A stretch of 64,000 nucleotides of DNA from Octopus vulgaris (Eukaryota): the NCBI GenBank assembly GCA_951406725.2, contig OX597819.1, forward strand, positions 66,588,001 through 66,652,000, in the 5' to 3' direction. Below the pieces are notes generated by a model, which made no database searches, had not been told where the DNA came from, and saw nothing but the letters and a program-made list of their open reading frames with translations. Each line of letters begins with the position of its first letter. Position 1 is the stretch's first letter. Both the position numbers and the translations under genes were made by a program. Below, in pieces: positions 1 through 13,172 of this stretch.

Positions 1-101
1 CACACACAAACACACACGTATACGTATAGATATACATGTATATGTGCACATGTACGGATATACGTATATATGTACGTATACACAAACATATATGTATAGC
101 T

Positions 102-162
<61 letters not shown>

Positions 163-307
163 TATATGTTTGTGTCTGACTATTGAAAATGTTGCAAGAC
201 GCAACGAAAATTTTTGGAAAATATAAATAAAAAATAAGTGGAAATTTTACCGGTGACTGAGTTAAATTATACGGCACAAAAAGAAAATGACTCTCCCCAG
301 ACACAAC

Positions 308-352
<45 letters not shown>

Positions 353-420
353 AAATATATGAATGTATGTATGTATGTATGTATGTATGTATACACACAC
401 ACATATATATGTATATATTA
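1..420. repeat. Compound (CA)n/(TA)n/(TATG)n microsatellites
   Basis: Directly visible di- and tetranucleotide tracts; source of the YIYI/THTH ORFs. Confidence 0.95.
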
Positions 421-669
421 ATTGATATCAGAAACGTGATGCAGTTTAGCACCGCTTATACTACAATAGCTAAGTTAACTCCAATGCCACCAAACAAATA
501 TAGTCACTTTTGTGACTACTATCAATTATGCCTTTAGGTTTTAATTGATAATGAAACACCCGTTTAATTTCTTGTTTACACTTCTTCCGTTTTGAATATC
601 AGAACATGTTTTCAACGGTTTTTCTTATGAGATGAACAAAGTAAGTCGTGTGTAACCCCAGGCGTTTAG

Positions 670-725
670 AGCCGCTGATGAGAATTAAGTTGGTCTACAC
701 TAAAATACGAAATCGTGACACGGTT
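670..725 (+). ncRNA. Decayed type-I hammerhead ribozyme motif
   Basis: AGCCG-CTGATGA(675-681), imperfect stem II, GAAA(709-712)-TCGTGACA-CGGTT. Stem I AGCCG/CGGTT pairs, but the cleavage triplet is ACA rather than NUH. Confidence 0.5.
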
Positions 726-917
726 ATTGGTTTGTTTACGACAACGTAACTTAGGATATTTTGCTTTAAAATAGGTACCGAAATTTAAAAAATAACAAGT
801 AAAGGAGTCGGTTTCTTCGACTAAACCCTGCATGGCAATACCCTAGCATGGCCGCCATCCTATGATTGAAATAAGTGAATGGAAAATATAAGATGAAAGG
901 CAAACTTCCTGTCCTAC

Positions 918-1462
918 CTTCTGTGTAACGTCAACCGAAATAACTACAACGGACAAAGGAACAAACTATTCATAGTGATCGTAATAGCGGTGAAGGAGGC
1001 GGATTCTGTAACGCTGATGTTGAATATGGTGAATACCGATTACATGATTATAGCCTGGCCGAGAGATCATATCCATTGTTTGAGTCAAGCATATGAATTT
1101 GACTAAATAATTTAATGTCTGGAAATTATTTTATCAATGGGCAGTACTTGAACTGCTAGATTAAGTACATTAGCATTATCACTGGCTTCAAACACTGTAA
1201 GCATGCAATCATTCGCACACATAGATCCAGACATATACAACAAAATGAATTTCCATATTGGTTTTTCTACCAACTCGAGGGTGAACAGAAAACTCCTCTT
1301 GAATGTAGAACATAATCCAGAATATCATGGATTTGAAGCGAAGCTCGTACCTCTTCCTGTTATCGATATTTTGCTTCAGTGGACAAGTAATATAACATGC
1401 CCATAGTATTGTATCATAGGTACCTCTGGTTGAAGTCTAGCCTCCATCAACTTTTCTCTGGC
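918..1462 (-). other. Candidate internal exon (probably non-coding)
   Basis: Minus-strand acceptor tctttattttcAG at 1463-1464 and donor AAG|GTAGGA at 917-916; no frame open across the exon. Confidence 0.3.
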
Positions 1463-1655
1463 CTGAAAATAAAGATGAAAGATAACATACCAGTGTTTAC
1501 TAAGGCTATTCTCTCATAGACGTAAAATAATATTATAGCAAGATTAATTCTACGATTTCGTTTACTTTATGACATAAAGTGAAAAATCACAAGTACTAGT
1601 TCTCAAGTAAGATGGAGTAGAGAATCTATAACGAGAACCATAGCTGCAGAGATGT
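1389..1655 (+). repeat. Local duplication, copy 1 (copy 2 at 3333-3607)
   Basis: catcataggtacctctggtt...ttatagcaagattaattct...cgatttcgtttacttt...agagatgt occurs twice with scattered substitutions. Confidence 0.9.
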
Positions 1656-1666
1656 TGTCTTCTTAC

Positions 1667-1709
1667 CTTTGTACAATGAAGAATGTACATATGTGAACTT
1701 TTACACCAT
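1667..1709 (-). other. Candidate 43-nt exon
   Basis: Minus-strand acceptor tttgaactgattctatAG (1711-1710) and strong donor AAG|GTAAGA (1666-1665); would leave a 204-nt GT-AG intron before the exon starting at 1462. Confidence 0.3.
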
Positions 1710-2394
1710 CTATAGAATCAGTTCAAAAGTAACAGAATTTTTATAAGGAATTATATACTTTAAGGCTTAGCATTGTACAGTTTTGAATTTGACCATGTCA
1801 CTTCCACAAGTACTTCTCATATGTGAATGTAACAAGAGGATATAAAAGCCGAGGAGCAATGGAAAATAAGATTAACCTCTATGAAAAAATAATTTCCATT
1901 AACTAAGTAAGTCTAAATCAATTAAGATACTTAAAAAGATAAAATAACTAAATTGTTGAATTGAGAAATGCTTTAACTGAATTGCACAATCGATAAGATA
2001 ATGATAATTTTATCGTTATCAAAATCTAATAAAGAAAAAAAAAAAAAAAAAAACAAAAAAAAAACGGACATATTATTGAGAATAAATAGTTTATAATAAT
2101 AGTGAGCCGATGAAAATAAACTCAAAATTGCTGAAAATACGATCTGATAATTGATAGTATTTTAGATATTTTAAATAGATTATTTTTTACGGTGGAACTC
2201 GAAGTAGATAAAGTTATAAATAATAACGTGTACCGTATTTGGTTTTAAAAAACCTTGGCACGGAAAAACGTTGAACACTGTCCATAGAACACGAGCCCAC
2301 CCACATTTTTTTAAAACAAGATTTGCTTTTTGCTTCTAAGTGTGTGTGTGTGTCTCTCTCTCTTCAGCTGACTGCCTGTGACTATGGTTTAGAA

Positions 2395-2586
2395 CAGTGA
2401 TTGCCAAACTGGAGCCCACGGACCCTGGCGATCTGCAAATTCAATATTGGGGGTCAGTGAACTAAATTCAAAATTTCATCTATCTATCTATCTTTATATA
2501 TATATATATACATATACACACATAAGAATAAACATATTAAAAGGGATCCGTTGTAAAACATTTAAGTAAAAGGGTGTGAACCACTG
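2395..2586. mobile_element. hAT (Charlie-like) MITE remnant
   Basis: Ends CAGTG...CACTG; 8-bp flanks GTTTAGAA / GTTTGGGA match 6/8, consistent with an old hAT target-site duplication. Confidence 0.55.
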
Positions 2587-3332
2587 GTTTGGGATGTTGA
2601 TTTCACCGTCGCAATATCGTGTTTCCGGCTCCCAGACCGGCAGTGCATTCCGATCATGAGCAAGACACATCTTTTTACGTTGCGATAAGCCACTAAGCTG
2701 TAAAACGACCAAACTTGCGACGGCCTAGCACCCGTTCAGTGGGAATGTTGTGATCTGGTTAACCCATACACCAGTTCCACCGTACTTAATATCTACTTAT
2801 CACCTGAAGTTTTTAAGTTCGTGTAACAGTATCTAATAACAAAGGTAAACCAAAATTACGCTCTGTCCTATGTAAATAACATCGAGTGGCATTAGCATTA
2901 AAGTATAATCATTGGACGAATGTGGTAATGAGTAATAAGATTTAAGTGAGTCCCACATATCGCTTGAAGTTTGCCAATTGTGAAAATCATCCCGCTTCAT
3001 GTAAGAAGTGACATCCTGATACAGTTTTATATTCGATGCAAGTGAAATGACATTTTTATGGCATGCATACTAATTATGGAAACATAGAACTGTTGTTCGT
3101 GAAGCAATTATAAGGAACATATTGTTCGTGAAGCAATTATAAGGAAAGGAGAAAAGCGTTAGTCAAGGAATAGAAAAAATTGTGGAGACAGAGTGTTAAA
3201 GTAATGAATAACGGTGTTATCATCTGAATATATCAGGATGTATTAACAAGCTCGAAGCAATATATAGAACACGTGATCAGATGAAAATTTTAAAGAGGCA
3301 GTATAGAAAAAAGTATTACTCGCGCATAGATA

Positions 3333-3607
3333 AATATAACCTCCCCATAGTGTTGCATCATAGGTACCTCTGGTTCAAGTCTAGCCTCCGTCACCTTTTC
3401 TCTGACCTGAAACTAAAGATAACAGATAACATACTATTGTTTGCTCCATCTATTCTCTCTTAGACGTACTGTTGTAAAATAATGTTATAGCAAGATTAAT
3501 TCTGCGATTTCGTTTACTTTAAGACATAAAGTGTAAAATCATAGCTACCAAATCTCAAATAAATGATGTAGACAATATATAACGAGAATACATAGCTGTA
3601 GAGATGT
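3333..3607 (+). repeat. Local duplication, copy 2 (copy 1 at 1389-1655)
   Basis: Collinear with copy 1; ends where a (GT)n tract begins. Confidence 0.9.
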
Positions 3608-3837
3608 GTGCGCGTGTGTGTGTGTTTTATGCGTGTGTGTGTCTGTGTTATATACACATATGTGTATGTGTGTGTTACATGTACATATGTGTATGTATGT
3701 GTCTGTGTGTAATTTTGTGTAAGATTACAATTTAAAGTGAAAAAGCTCGCAATATATAAACAGTTTCGGCAATGACTTTAACAACTGCGATCAACACAAA
3801 GCAGAGAACATAGTTTATATATGAGCGTGTGTATATG

Positions 3838-3890
<53 letters not shown>

Positions 3891-3943
3891 CAAATAAGAA
3901 AATGAAGAAACAAATATATACAACAAGGGACATGACTGCTACA

Positions 3944-4544
3944 TGGACAACCCTTATGCTAGAAGTCGATCCACTATGGTGTTACCACTAAGAAAGGAAT
4001 GTTCTCAAGAAAATTTTGCAAACGCCAGAACGCAAGCGAGCACGAGAAATGAAAAGAAACAAAAATATATATTAATCAGGTACAAGTTTTGCTATCAACA
4101 GTTACGCAATTTACTTACGCAATTTGCCCGTAGATCTTCAGTATGATCGCCATTGCAAATATAATTTGAAGAACTATGCGCGAGACGTCCGCTGGAGATT
4201 GAACAAGTATACAGTTCTACCAATTACACTTGGTGTTATCTTTCAAAAGACTTAGTTTTGGCGCGCTAAAATACCGGAAATAATTTTGCAGAAAATAATT
4301 CTCTGCGGTGAGTTTTGCCGGTTAGAGAACAGTTATTTAAATTTAAATTTAAAATAAGGGTGAAAACTTGAATATTTATTGGATTAATATCAATTTAAAA
4401 CCAGTGGTCTAGCATATTAAAATCTGAAGGTTCAGAAAATTATATTACATACATATAAGTTGGATAACCACTGTGTGGACAACCCTTATGCTAGAAGTAG
4501 ATCCGCTATGATCTTACCACAACGAAAGGAATGTTCTCAAGAAA
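3944..4544 (-). mobile_element. ~600-bp element with ~68-bp terminal direct repeats (retrozyme/pLTR-like)
   Basis: tggacaacccttatgctagaagt...aaaggaatgttctcaagaaa at 3944-4012 and 4476-4544; ends at (TA)n; minus-strand CTGAAGA at 4141-4135 without an intact GAAA. Strand is tentative. Confidence 0.5.
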
Positions 4545-6119
4545 TATATATATATATATATATGCAGAGCGAGCGAGAGGTATGTATAGGTGCGCGTTTA
4601 TTCCCGTGGGAACAGTAAGCATCGATGCTAATGTTATTAATTTCATAAAATATTTTTGTGCCACAAGTATTCGTGAATAACTTGATTTTCTTAAAACTAT
4701 TTCCTATTTTCAACTAAGATCTCATGTTAGCATTGATATATCTCATAAATCTAGAACTTCCTATCGCAATTAGAATAATCATCTAAAGAAAGAAGTAAAG
4801 TATCTAATATACTCTAGATTATAATTCCTACAAATAGCTATTTATCAACTTTCATCTAATTATTTATTTAGCTACAGGTAGAAAATATATTAACCGATCA
4901 TTCCTGTGTATTTCTGGTTTCTTCTACCCCAATGTAATATGTATTCTGCACAAGCTACCCTGGATAGAAATTCTACTCTGTATTTTCTCTATGTTCATTT
5001 TTGCCATTTTTTTCTTATTTTCATATTCAGTAATCTCTGACACGTTAGTATTTATTTCAATCAATGTTTTTCACACTCATATATGTAAAATGATATCATG
5101 TATTAGGAAGTTTGTTTTTTGGTTTGATAACGCGTCGGTTTCAAACGAAGTTGAATCTTCGCACTTATTAATTACAAAGCTCGCATAAGCATAAGGTGTC
5201 TCAAGTAATTAATTAATTTTATTATTAACATATATACATACGTACATATGTACATAAGTAAGTAAATAAACAGATATATATATGTGTATAATTTATTATT
5301 ATAATCTGTTTATGAATTGCACTACATATTTGACATACACGTGAGATAAGAAAACGGGGAAATTCGGTGAAAACACTATTTCATTTTTATGTTCTAAGTT
5401 TTACTACATTATAGGCTCTCTGGAAAATCAGGGAATTTATAGAAATTTGGACACCTAGACCTTTGAGACCCCGCGTCAACGGAGCAGTGCACCCTGGCCA
5501 TAAGGCGGGACCAGCGGTCTTTCGCAACTGTGCATAAACGTGTAACAACATGCGGTTTTTTCCCTATAATGAGCTCATATATATATATACTACAAAACAG
5601 ATACGGACTAATTTCAGCACTTAATATCATGAACTGCTGAATATCAATAACCTAAACGCTGCAGTTCACCTACAAATTTCATTAATTTTCTATTACTATG
5701 ATAAAAGCCAAACTACTGCTGGAAAATCTCGGATGTTCTATGTTGTGACTCTAATTGTAATTTGGGCCTTGATTAGAAGACTTATATAATATCACCCACG
5801 AGATTCCAGCGTTGAAGGAAAAATTCGTAATTTATTTCACTTGGATGAGAGTTAGATTCGGACAGTCAGCAGGAAAAAAAAACTCTGCGCTAGGAAAAAT
5901 ACTCAATAAAGTACGCACACTTAGAAGAAAAGAGTTGACTTCAGGGACACGACCGGTTGAATGACACGTTCACGTCAAAAAATTCGATTGGTCGTCTTAC
6001 CCCTAATATTAGTGTGTGCCTTAGTTAGATATTAAAAGTGGGTGAGTTTCAGAAATCTTTTATGCTCGAACGTACCATTTAAGGTTTTCCTTGGATCACA
6101 GATATTGGTAGATTTTCTG

Positions 6120-6440
6120 TAATGTCGAAGGAGCAACACCAAAGGAGGCAATGGCAGAATGATGTGTAAAATTTTTATACGGAATAATATAGATCAGAGG
6201 AATAAATTTGATATAAATGAGAGTTGAGGAAATGAAACAAAGAATCAAAGTAAAAGGTAGAGATATACCGAACTAGGTTATATGAAATTTAACGTTATAT
6301 GTGATGACTCTAAAATGTATGGAGAAGCCATACATTTGACGATGGAATGTATTTTATTAGGAGAATGTAAAGGAAATATGAAAATTACCTGAAGAAACAG
6401 ATTCTTAGATGACGGTTTTCAGGTATTTTGAGGACAGTTA
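6120..6440 (+). pseudogene. Highly decayed RTE-type LINE ORF 3' end
   Basis: Broken translation (INE.LR...YRTR...VM...LTME...G...RFLDD) resembles the RTE C-terminus; many stops and frameshifts. Confidence 0.35.
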
Positions 6441-6765
6441 ACTAGAGGAGCAGACAGGAAGGAAATGCGAGATAATATTAAAAGGAGAAGAGTTCCTAGA
6501 GAAATCTAAGAAAATAATTTTTGAATAATCTTCAAAGACACGCAACATCATCAATTTATACGGGCAACCAAATAGACGTTGCTGTGCATACACACACTGG
6601 TATACATATAAACTAGTATAAACATACACATATGAACAAGCAAACATACACGCGGCCAACATAAGAAAACATCAATATTCATTTAGAATCACAAGAAAGT
6701 TACGTGTATGAGTGTATGTATTCATGTGTGTGAGTGTGTTTTCCTTGAGTGTGTGCATATAAGTG

Positions 6766-6766
6766 C

Positions 6767-6818
<52 letters not shown>

Positions 6819-6820
6819 AT

Positions 6821-6855
<35 letters not shown>

Positions 6856-6905
6856 CATATATATACATATATATATATATATATAAATGTAGATAGATAG
6901 ATAGT

Positions 6906-6993
<88 letters not shown>

Positions 6994-7003
6994 CAGACAC
7001 ACA
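6766..7003. repeat. (TA)n/(GATA)n microsatellite
   Basis: Directly visible. Confidence 0.95.
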
Positions 7004-7797
7004 TACTAGGTGACGTACCCGGTAATTATCCCTTGATTTCTTTCTCATAACTGTTTCGCTAATCCACTGACAACAATACAAAGCAAGTGCATTTACAGAG
7101 AATAGCGAACTGTCTTACATAGGATCAGGATCTTGTTTTAGGATTTCCCAATAAGTTACAAATACCCAAATTGTGAAGTCAGTTATTTAATAACATAAAA
7201 TTAGATACCCGATAGTAAAAATTCAAATAAAGTAGCCCGAAAAGGGCTTTAATGCGTTTCCACAGCATATAGAACGCAGAAGGAAATAATGTGGTATGTA
7301 TACTAAAATTGTGAAGCATATTACATAATAACTGGTTAATCAGATATGAGATAATAATTCAAAGTCAATAAATCTGAAAAGAGCTATTGACTTTGAACTA
7401 TTATCTCATAAAGAAAATTTGCGTTCCCAGAGAATATTAACCTCAGCGGTGCTAGTGTTGGTATATTCGAAATAAGTAGGTCTATTGTTTAGGAAAATCC
7501 TGTTTACTTGTTTAAGAGTTGTACTGGATAAAGTGCGAAAATAACTCTAACAGTTCAAATACTAAGAAATATGCATACTCAATTTGATTTATATCAAGTT
7601 ATTTAGGAAATTGATTGTGTTATTTCCCTTGGCTGTTAACATGAAATATATTAGATATATATAAGGATCCCTTCCAGGGGCCCTATAATCGATTTTTCAA
7701 CAATCTGAGTATGCAACAATGTTTCCAGGAATTACTTCTACTCATGTGTCAAGTATCATCAAAATCGATAACACGATGTAGGAAGAGTTAGCTAACA
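7004..7797 (+). mobile_element. Non-autonomous Helitron/Helentron-like element
   Basis: Starts TACTAG-GTGACGTACCCGG, the same terminus type as 45858; ends in ...caagtatcatcaaaatcg...tgtaggaagagttag. Family call rests on recalled terminus style. Confidence 0.45.
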
Positions 7798-8091
7798 ACT
7801 CCACAAACACACCAAAATTTCCCACATATGTAGTAGATATATGTATGCATGTATGTATGTTTGTATATAGGGACTTTTATATACAAATATACACACACAT
7901 ATGTTTCTGAATGTGGGTGTATATATACCCACACGCACTCACAAGCACACGCAAGCACACACACACAAACACACACACACACACACGCACACGTGCACAT
8001 AAGTAATATCCTCCCTTACTTATCGTCTAAAATTGAATGACTACGTTAATCCCTCATCTTCCATTTCGTTCTGCTTTGTATTTTATCGAGG

Positions 8092-8127
<36 letters not shown>

Positions 8128-8128
<1 letters not shown>

Positions 8129-8286
8129 GACGGGCTTTCTTCAGCTTCCATCAACCAAATTCACTCATAATATTTCGGTGGGGCCCCAGGATATTGTAGA
8201 AAATGCTTCTCCAAAGTATCACCAATTGGGAGGGAACTCCAAACCTTTTGGATGTAAGCAAAGTGCTTACCACGCCATCTCGCCTT
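8128..8286 (-). mobile_element. tRNA-derived SINE, family B (decayed)
   Basis: Reverse complement of the head of the copy at 23886 (acgacgggctttcttcag...). Confidence 0.7.
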
Positions 8287-9107
8287 TATATATGTGCGCG
8301 TGTTTGTATGTTCGTGTAAGAGTGCATGAGTGTGTGTGTCTGTGTGTTGTATGTATGTCTCCTATTCATATACAAATCTACAAATATAGTGGAAAGTTAA
8401 TGTTAACATCACGTCATCATCCTCGTGTCGTATCCGTGGATATCTGAACTAGAGTATGCACTTATCTACTTACGTTTCTTTTATATCTATAATTATGTTT
8501 CCATCTGCGCAATAACTGAATTCTATGCTTGTGAGCGCACACAAACATCTCTGTGTCTAAGATCAATACCCGTTCTCTCTCATTTGTATTTTATTGAAGT
8601 ATTGTTACAGACACTGCTCCGGAATTGTTTTAGATGCAATATTGTATACTGTTGACATCATTGTGTGTACATACAAGTGGATAATCTTTAATAGAAGTTA
8701 CATTGTTTAATGTTTAACCATCATATGATGCTACAAATCTAGACCGTTTACTAGTAAAATTTGATAAAGCATTGCAGATGTAGTATACCAATTTAGTATT
8801 AATGGTTAAAAAGAAACAAAGTAGTTTCACTATTGTGCTATACCTATAAAACAAAATGTATGTAAGTCGCTGACTGTATTGAAAATCTATTTTATACAGT
8901 TGCATGGCAAGTCTACGCAAATTTCCACAGATTCGTTCACCATATCGTTGCATGATTAATCCTCTTTTTATTTCGTGTTATATATTTATCCTGAATAAAT
9001 ATGTATCCTCTCGAGAAACCCGTACATACAAAGCTTCTGAGTTTTGTATAAAATGTTTTACTATCTTAGTAGATTTCTATTCGATTTCAATTTGATTTGC
9101 ACACACA

Positions 9108-9354
<247 letters not shown>

Positions 9355-10349
9355 GTACACTTGACTGCACTTCATAGAGAGTCTAACTATCATTCTATCT
9401 TAAACATGCCTTCTATTATATTTACATTTATTTTCGTTTCATCTGTGCCAGATATGCATTTCTTAGCTTCCATGTGTTAAGTATTACCAGGTATTTAACA
9501 GCCTTTCCTTGATTAATGATCTGCTTCTTCTCTCTCTTCTAGACATCAATACAAATGTTTTGGGATTGGTTTGTATCCGTTAATTCTTTAGTAACTTCAA
9601 CATACGACTTAACCATTGAGGAAGAGCAATATAAATATGTGTTTAGTTGGTTAAATTATGGTTCATTACCTTTTAGTAAATATCGTTAATCACCGTCTAT
9701 CTCTGCTCTGTGGCTTTCTTATCAATGGCAGAAAAAGAAGGTTTGCCATGTAGTCGTACAACTATAAACCAATCAATCTTCTCTCGAAACAATTCGTTTA
9801 GAATATTTTCCAAACTGTTCTGTTGTCAGCTGTCATGTAACCCATTTAATCGAAGCTATTATGTCTACTGGCAACCTTATTCAGATCTCAAATTGATACG
9901 TGTGCGTGTATGCATTCTGTGCTGTATCGAACCACACATTCACTACAAAATCATAGATATTACCTACCGAAAGATCTAGATTTCGTCTGGTATTATTACT
10001 AAAACCTATCGCAAACAGTTTCTCGGTATATAAATGTAGAGAGGCAGAATCATTCACAATTTTGGCGAAGGTTTGTGCTACATTTCCAGTGTTTTGTTAA
10101 ATTAATAAATGGGTGGTCCATACACATTGACTTCAGAAATTTTCAGGGTATAGTTTTAATATTGATATACATTAATACAGGTTTCCAAAGAAATAAAAAG
10201 AAAGTATTGGAAACATTTGTTTTACATAAAAACAATATCTTCTGCTAAATACGTTTATATGTATAAAAAATTCTGATTATGAGTTTAAAAAATTACGCGT
10301 AGAAATGAGAGATGGGTTCATGCTTATTGTCCCCTGTACATTACACTGG

Positions 10350-10637
10350 TAACAGCAACAGCACGCCCCGACTTGTCCTCACAGCAGCGCATTCCACTCC
10401 GAGAGAGCAGAATTTAACGAAGCCCGCCGGTGGCTACAGGCCAATGACAACTGGGCCTCCGCAGCTATAGTCTGCGATTGCAAATCATTGGTTGGGGCGC
10501 GAGACAACCCGTTCCCCCCTCAGACCCGACAATTAGAGAATTGCAACAAACAGCATCCCTAGTAGCAGCTGGCAAGATTTTGACGGTGATCTGGGTGCCG
10601 GGCCATTGCTACCTCCGCGGCATTGAATTCGCAGATA
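10350..10637 (+). pseudogene. RNase H domain fragment of a non-LTR retrotransposon
   Basis: Translation with one frameshift: SSAFHSERAEFNEARRWLQANDNWASAAIVCDCKSLV...LTVIWVPGHCYLRGIEFAD, matching RNase H1 motifs E, D and WVPGH-x-GNE-x-AD; GC-rich island. Confidence 0.8.
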
Positions 10638-10682
10638 TGCATATATCTATATATATATCAGTTCCATGTGTTTGAATGCTTT

Positions 10683-11870
10683 GTATCTCTGCCGTAAGGC
10701 TTCATTTCCACACACGCCAGCTGAATTCAATTCGTCCCCTGTCGAAAGACACATGTTGTTATTATTATTTTTTTAAATTGTATTTTGTATTTATATTTGT
10801 GTAACATCGTCTGCTTTTCGTCCTTGTTTTCGTATACATTCGATGTTTTCTTCTAAGGAACCTAATGCTCTTAGCTTAGTTTTTCCTTGGGGTTGGCCAG
10901 ATTACAGCAATCTCAAGATTAATTAGCCGAGATTGCGGGGAGGATCCTGTTCTTGACTGAGGATAGAAAACTTTGAATGACCCGTCCTTATTATTTTTTG
11001 TATCGTCTATCTGGATGTTTTCTGGTCTCTTTTTGTATCACCTAGTTGTCCAGATGTTTTGCGTTCTTTTCCCATTTTGTATTATATATATAAATATAGC
11101 GGCGTTCGTACATTTTGTTCTGTTATATATAAGAACAAATTTTACCAAATTTTGTACGAGTCTATTAACCTTTTCACACTTATTCGTTCATTCCACTCTT
11201 CGTTCTTTCTTTTCCCCTCTCTCACATTTCTTTGCCTTCTTTTCTTATTCACTTTTCACTTCACTATGTCCCTGTCATTTTTTCTCGCCCCTCTTTAATT
11301 CTATTGTCCATCTGCTTCTACAACTCTCTCTCTTCTCTTCCCTCCCCTTAATTCATTTGTTCCGCTTTTTCACTCTCTTCTCTTCGCAAATGACCGATAG
11401 GCCAGACTGCTAGCCTCCTTTTTCCGTCTGACTGTGGTCAGTGCAACCTCGATATTCTTCTCTGTGTGTGTGTGAAAGTTTGGTATCTCTGCCGTAAGGC
11501 TTCATTTACACACACGCCAGCTGAATTCAGTTCGTCCCCAGTCCTAAGGCACTTGTTATAGCCTGTTATTATTATTTTTATTGATTTTGTATTTATATTC
11601 GTGTAACATCGTCTGTTTTTCCGTCCTCGTTTTCGTATGCATTCGAGGAATCTAATGCTCTTAGACCAGTTTTTCCTTGGGGCTGGCCAGATTACAGCAA
11701 TCTCAAGATTAATCAGCTGAAATTGCGAGGATGATCAGGTTGTTGACTGAGGATAGGAAGCTTCGAATGACCCGTCCTCGTTTATTTTGCATCGTCTATC
11801 TGGATGTTTTGTTGTCCCTTTTTGTATCACCTAGTTGTCCGGATGTTTTGCGTTCTTGTCCCATTTTGAA
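10683..11870 (+). mobile_element. Two adjacent copies of one repeat family (period ~800 bp), each ending at (TA)n
   Basis: gtatctctgccgtaaggcttcatt...cccattttg at 10683-11079 and 11483-11868. Confidence 0.8.
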
Positions 11871-11871
11871 T

Positions 11872-11940
<69 letters not shown>

Positions 11941-12820
11941 TTGTGTGTACTGATAGATCATTAATGAAAAATATTTCAATCGATTGATAAATGAGCCCGG
12001 AACCATGAGATTAGGAAGCAAACTACTACGCTTCTTACCAAACAGGCAATCTTCTTACCACACAACTCCGCCTGTGCCTGTGTAAACAAAAAATAATTGG
12101 AATTTTAGCATAAATATCGATTTCCAATTTGGCATAGCAATTTCAAATTTGGCCAGCAATTTTTGGGGACGAGTAAGTCGATTAAAGCGACTCAAATGTT
12201 CAGCCGTTAGTTATTTTATCGACCCTGTGTTTTAAATGCAAGCTATAGACGATATTTTCATACGAACATTTTATACAATGAATTCTCATTGAAATCATAA
12301 TTATAGTTACTGTTTTATTGTTATTAATAATATCAACAGTTAAACATTAAATACTGAATGTCTCTGTAGCGCTGTATCAAAATTCGCTTCTTATTTAATT
12401 AGGAATTTTCTTCATTATTGCTAAGTAAACGGATATGATAAATATTTCATAACATTATTTTTTCCAATTCTAATTTGCAATATTACACATTTTAACAGCG
12501 GTGAATTCCATCATTACAGTACATTACAGGCGTTAATTCCTCTCTAGTATGAGTCTTCGGATAATGTTGGTTAAGTTCTAAAAGTGCAATTTACTTATAT
12601 TAACTCTTGAAAATAGCATGGGTGATATTATATTGGTGTTTGTAAGGTTGTGTGGCTATGGAGATCGTTCTGCAACTTCTTGTTTCTACTTCAGCTCAAC
12701 TACGCTAAATCTTGGGCAAGTGACTTGCAGTATAGCCCCGAGTTGACCAATTTCAGGCGAAAACTGTATGGAAATATATTGATACATACATGGATACATA
12801 TATACATAGATATACCCCCC

Positions 12821-12861
<41 letters not shown>

Positions 12862-12869
12862 TATATATA

Positions 12870-13172
12870 TTACCGTGATCACCGTGATCACCGTGACCGA
12901 CCAGACTATCAGATGTTGCTAAGCATCGCTGGTCACAATGCGCTTCGGATTGTTTTAGCCTTCAAATGACGCTACCCCGCTGGCTAAGCGTGCAGGCCAA
13001 CAGAAGAAAGAGTGAGAGAAAGTTGTGGCGAAAGATTACAGCAAGGATCGCCACCAGCCCCAGCCGGAGCCGAGTGGAGCTTTAGGTGTTTTTGCTCAAT
13101 AAACACTCGCAACGCCCGGTCTGGGCATCGAAACCGTGATCCTACAACCGCGAGTCCACTGCTCTAACTACT
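12870..13172 (-). mobile_element. tRNA-derived SINE, family A
   Basis: Reverse complement of the head at 29013 (gagctttaggtgtttttgctcaataaacactc...gggcatcgaaacc). Confidence 0.8.

Noticed and set aside
2176-2300. Similarity to 19430-19560 (gaactcg.agtagataaa...gagcc)
   Set aside because: Short and highly diverged; probably an old dispersed repeat that cannot be classified by eye.
5128-5163. Minus-strand GCGAAGA...GAAAC-CGACGC-GTT
   Set aside because: Core altered and stem I does not pair.
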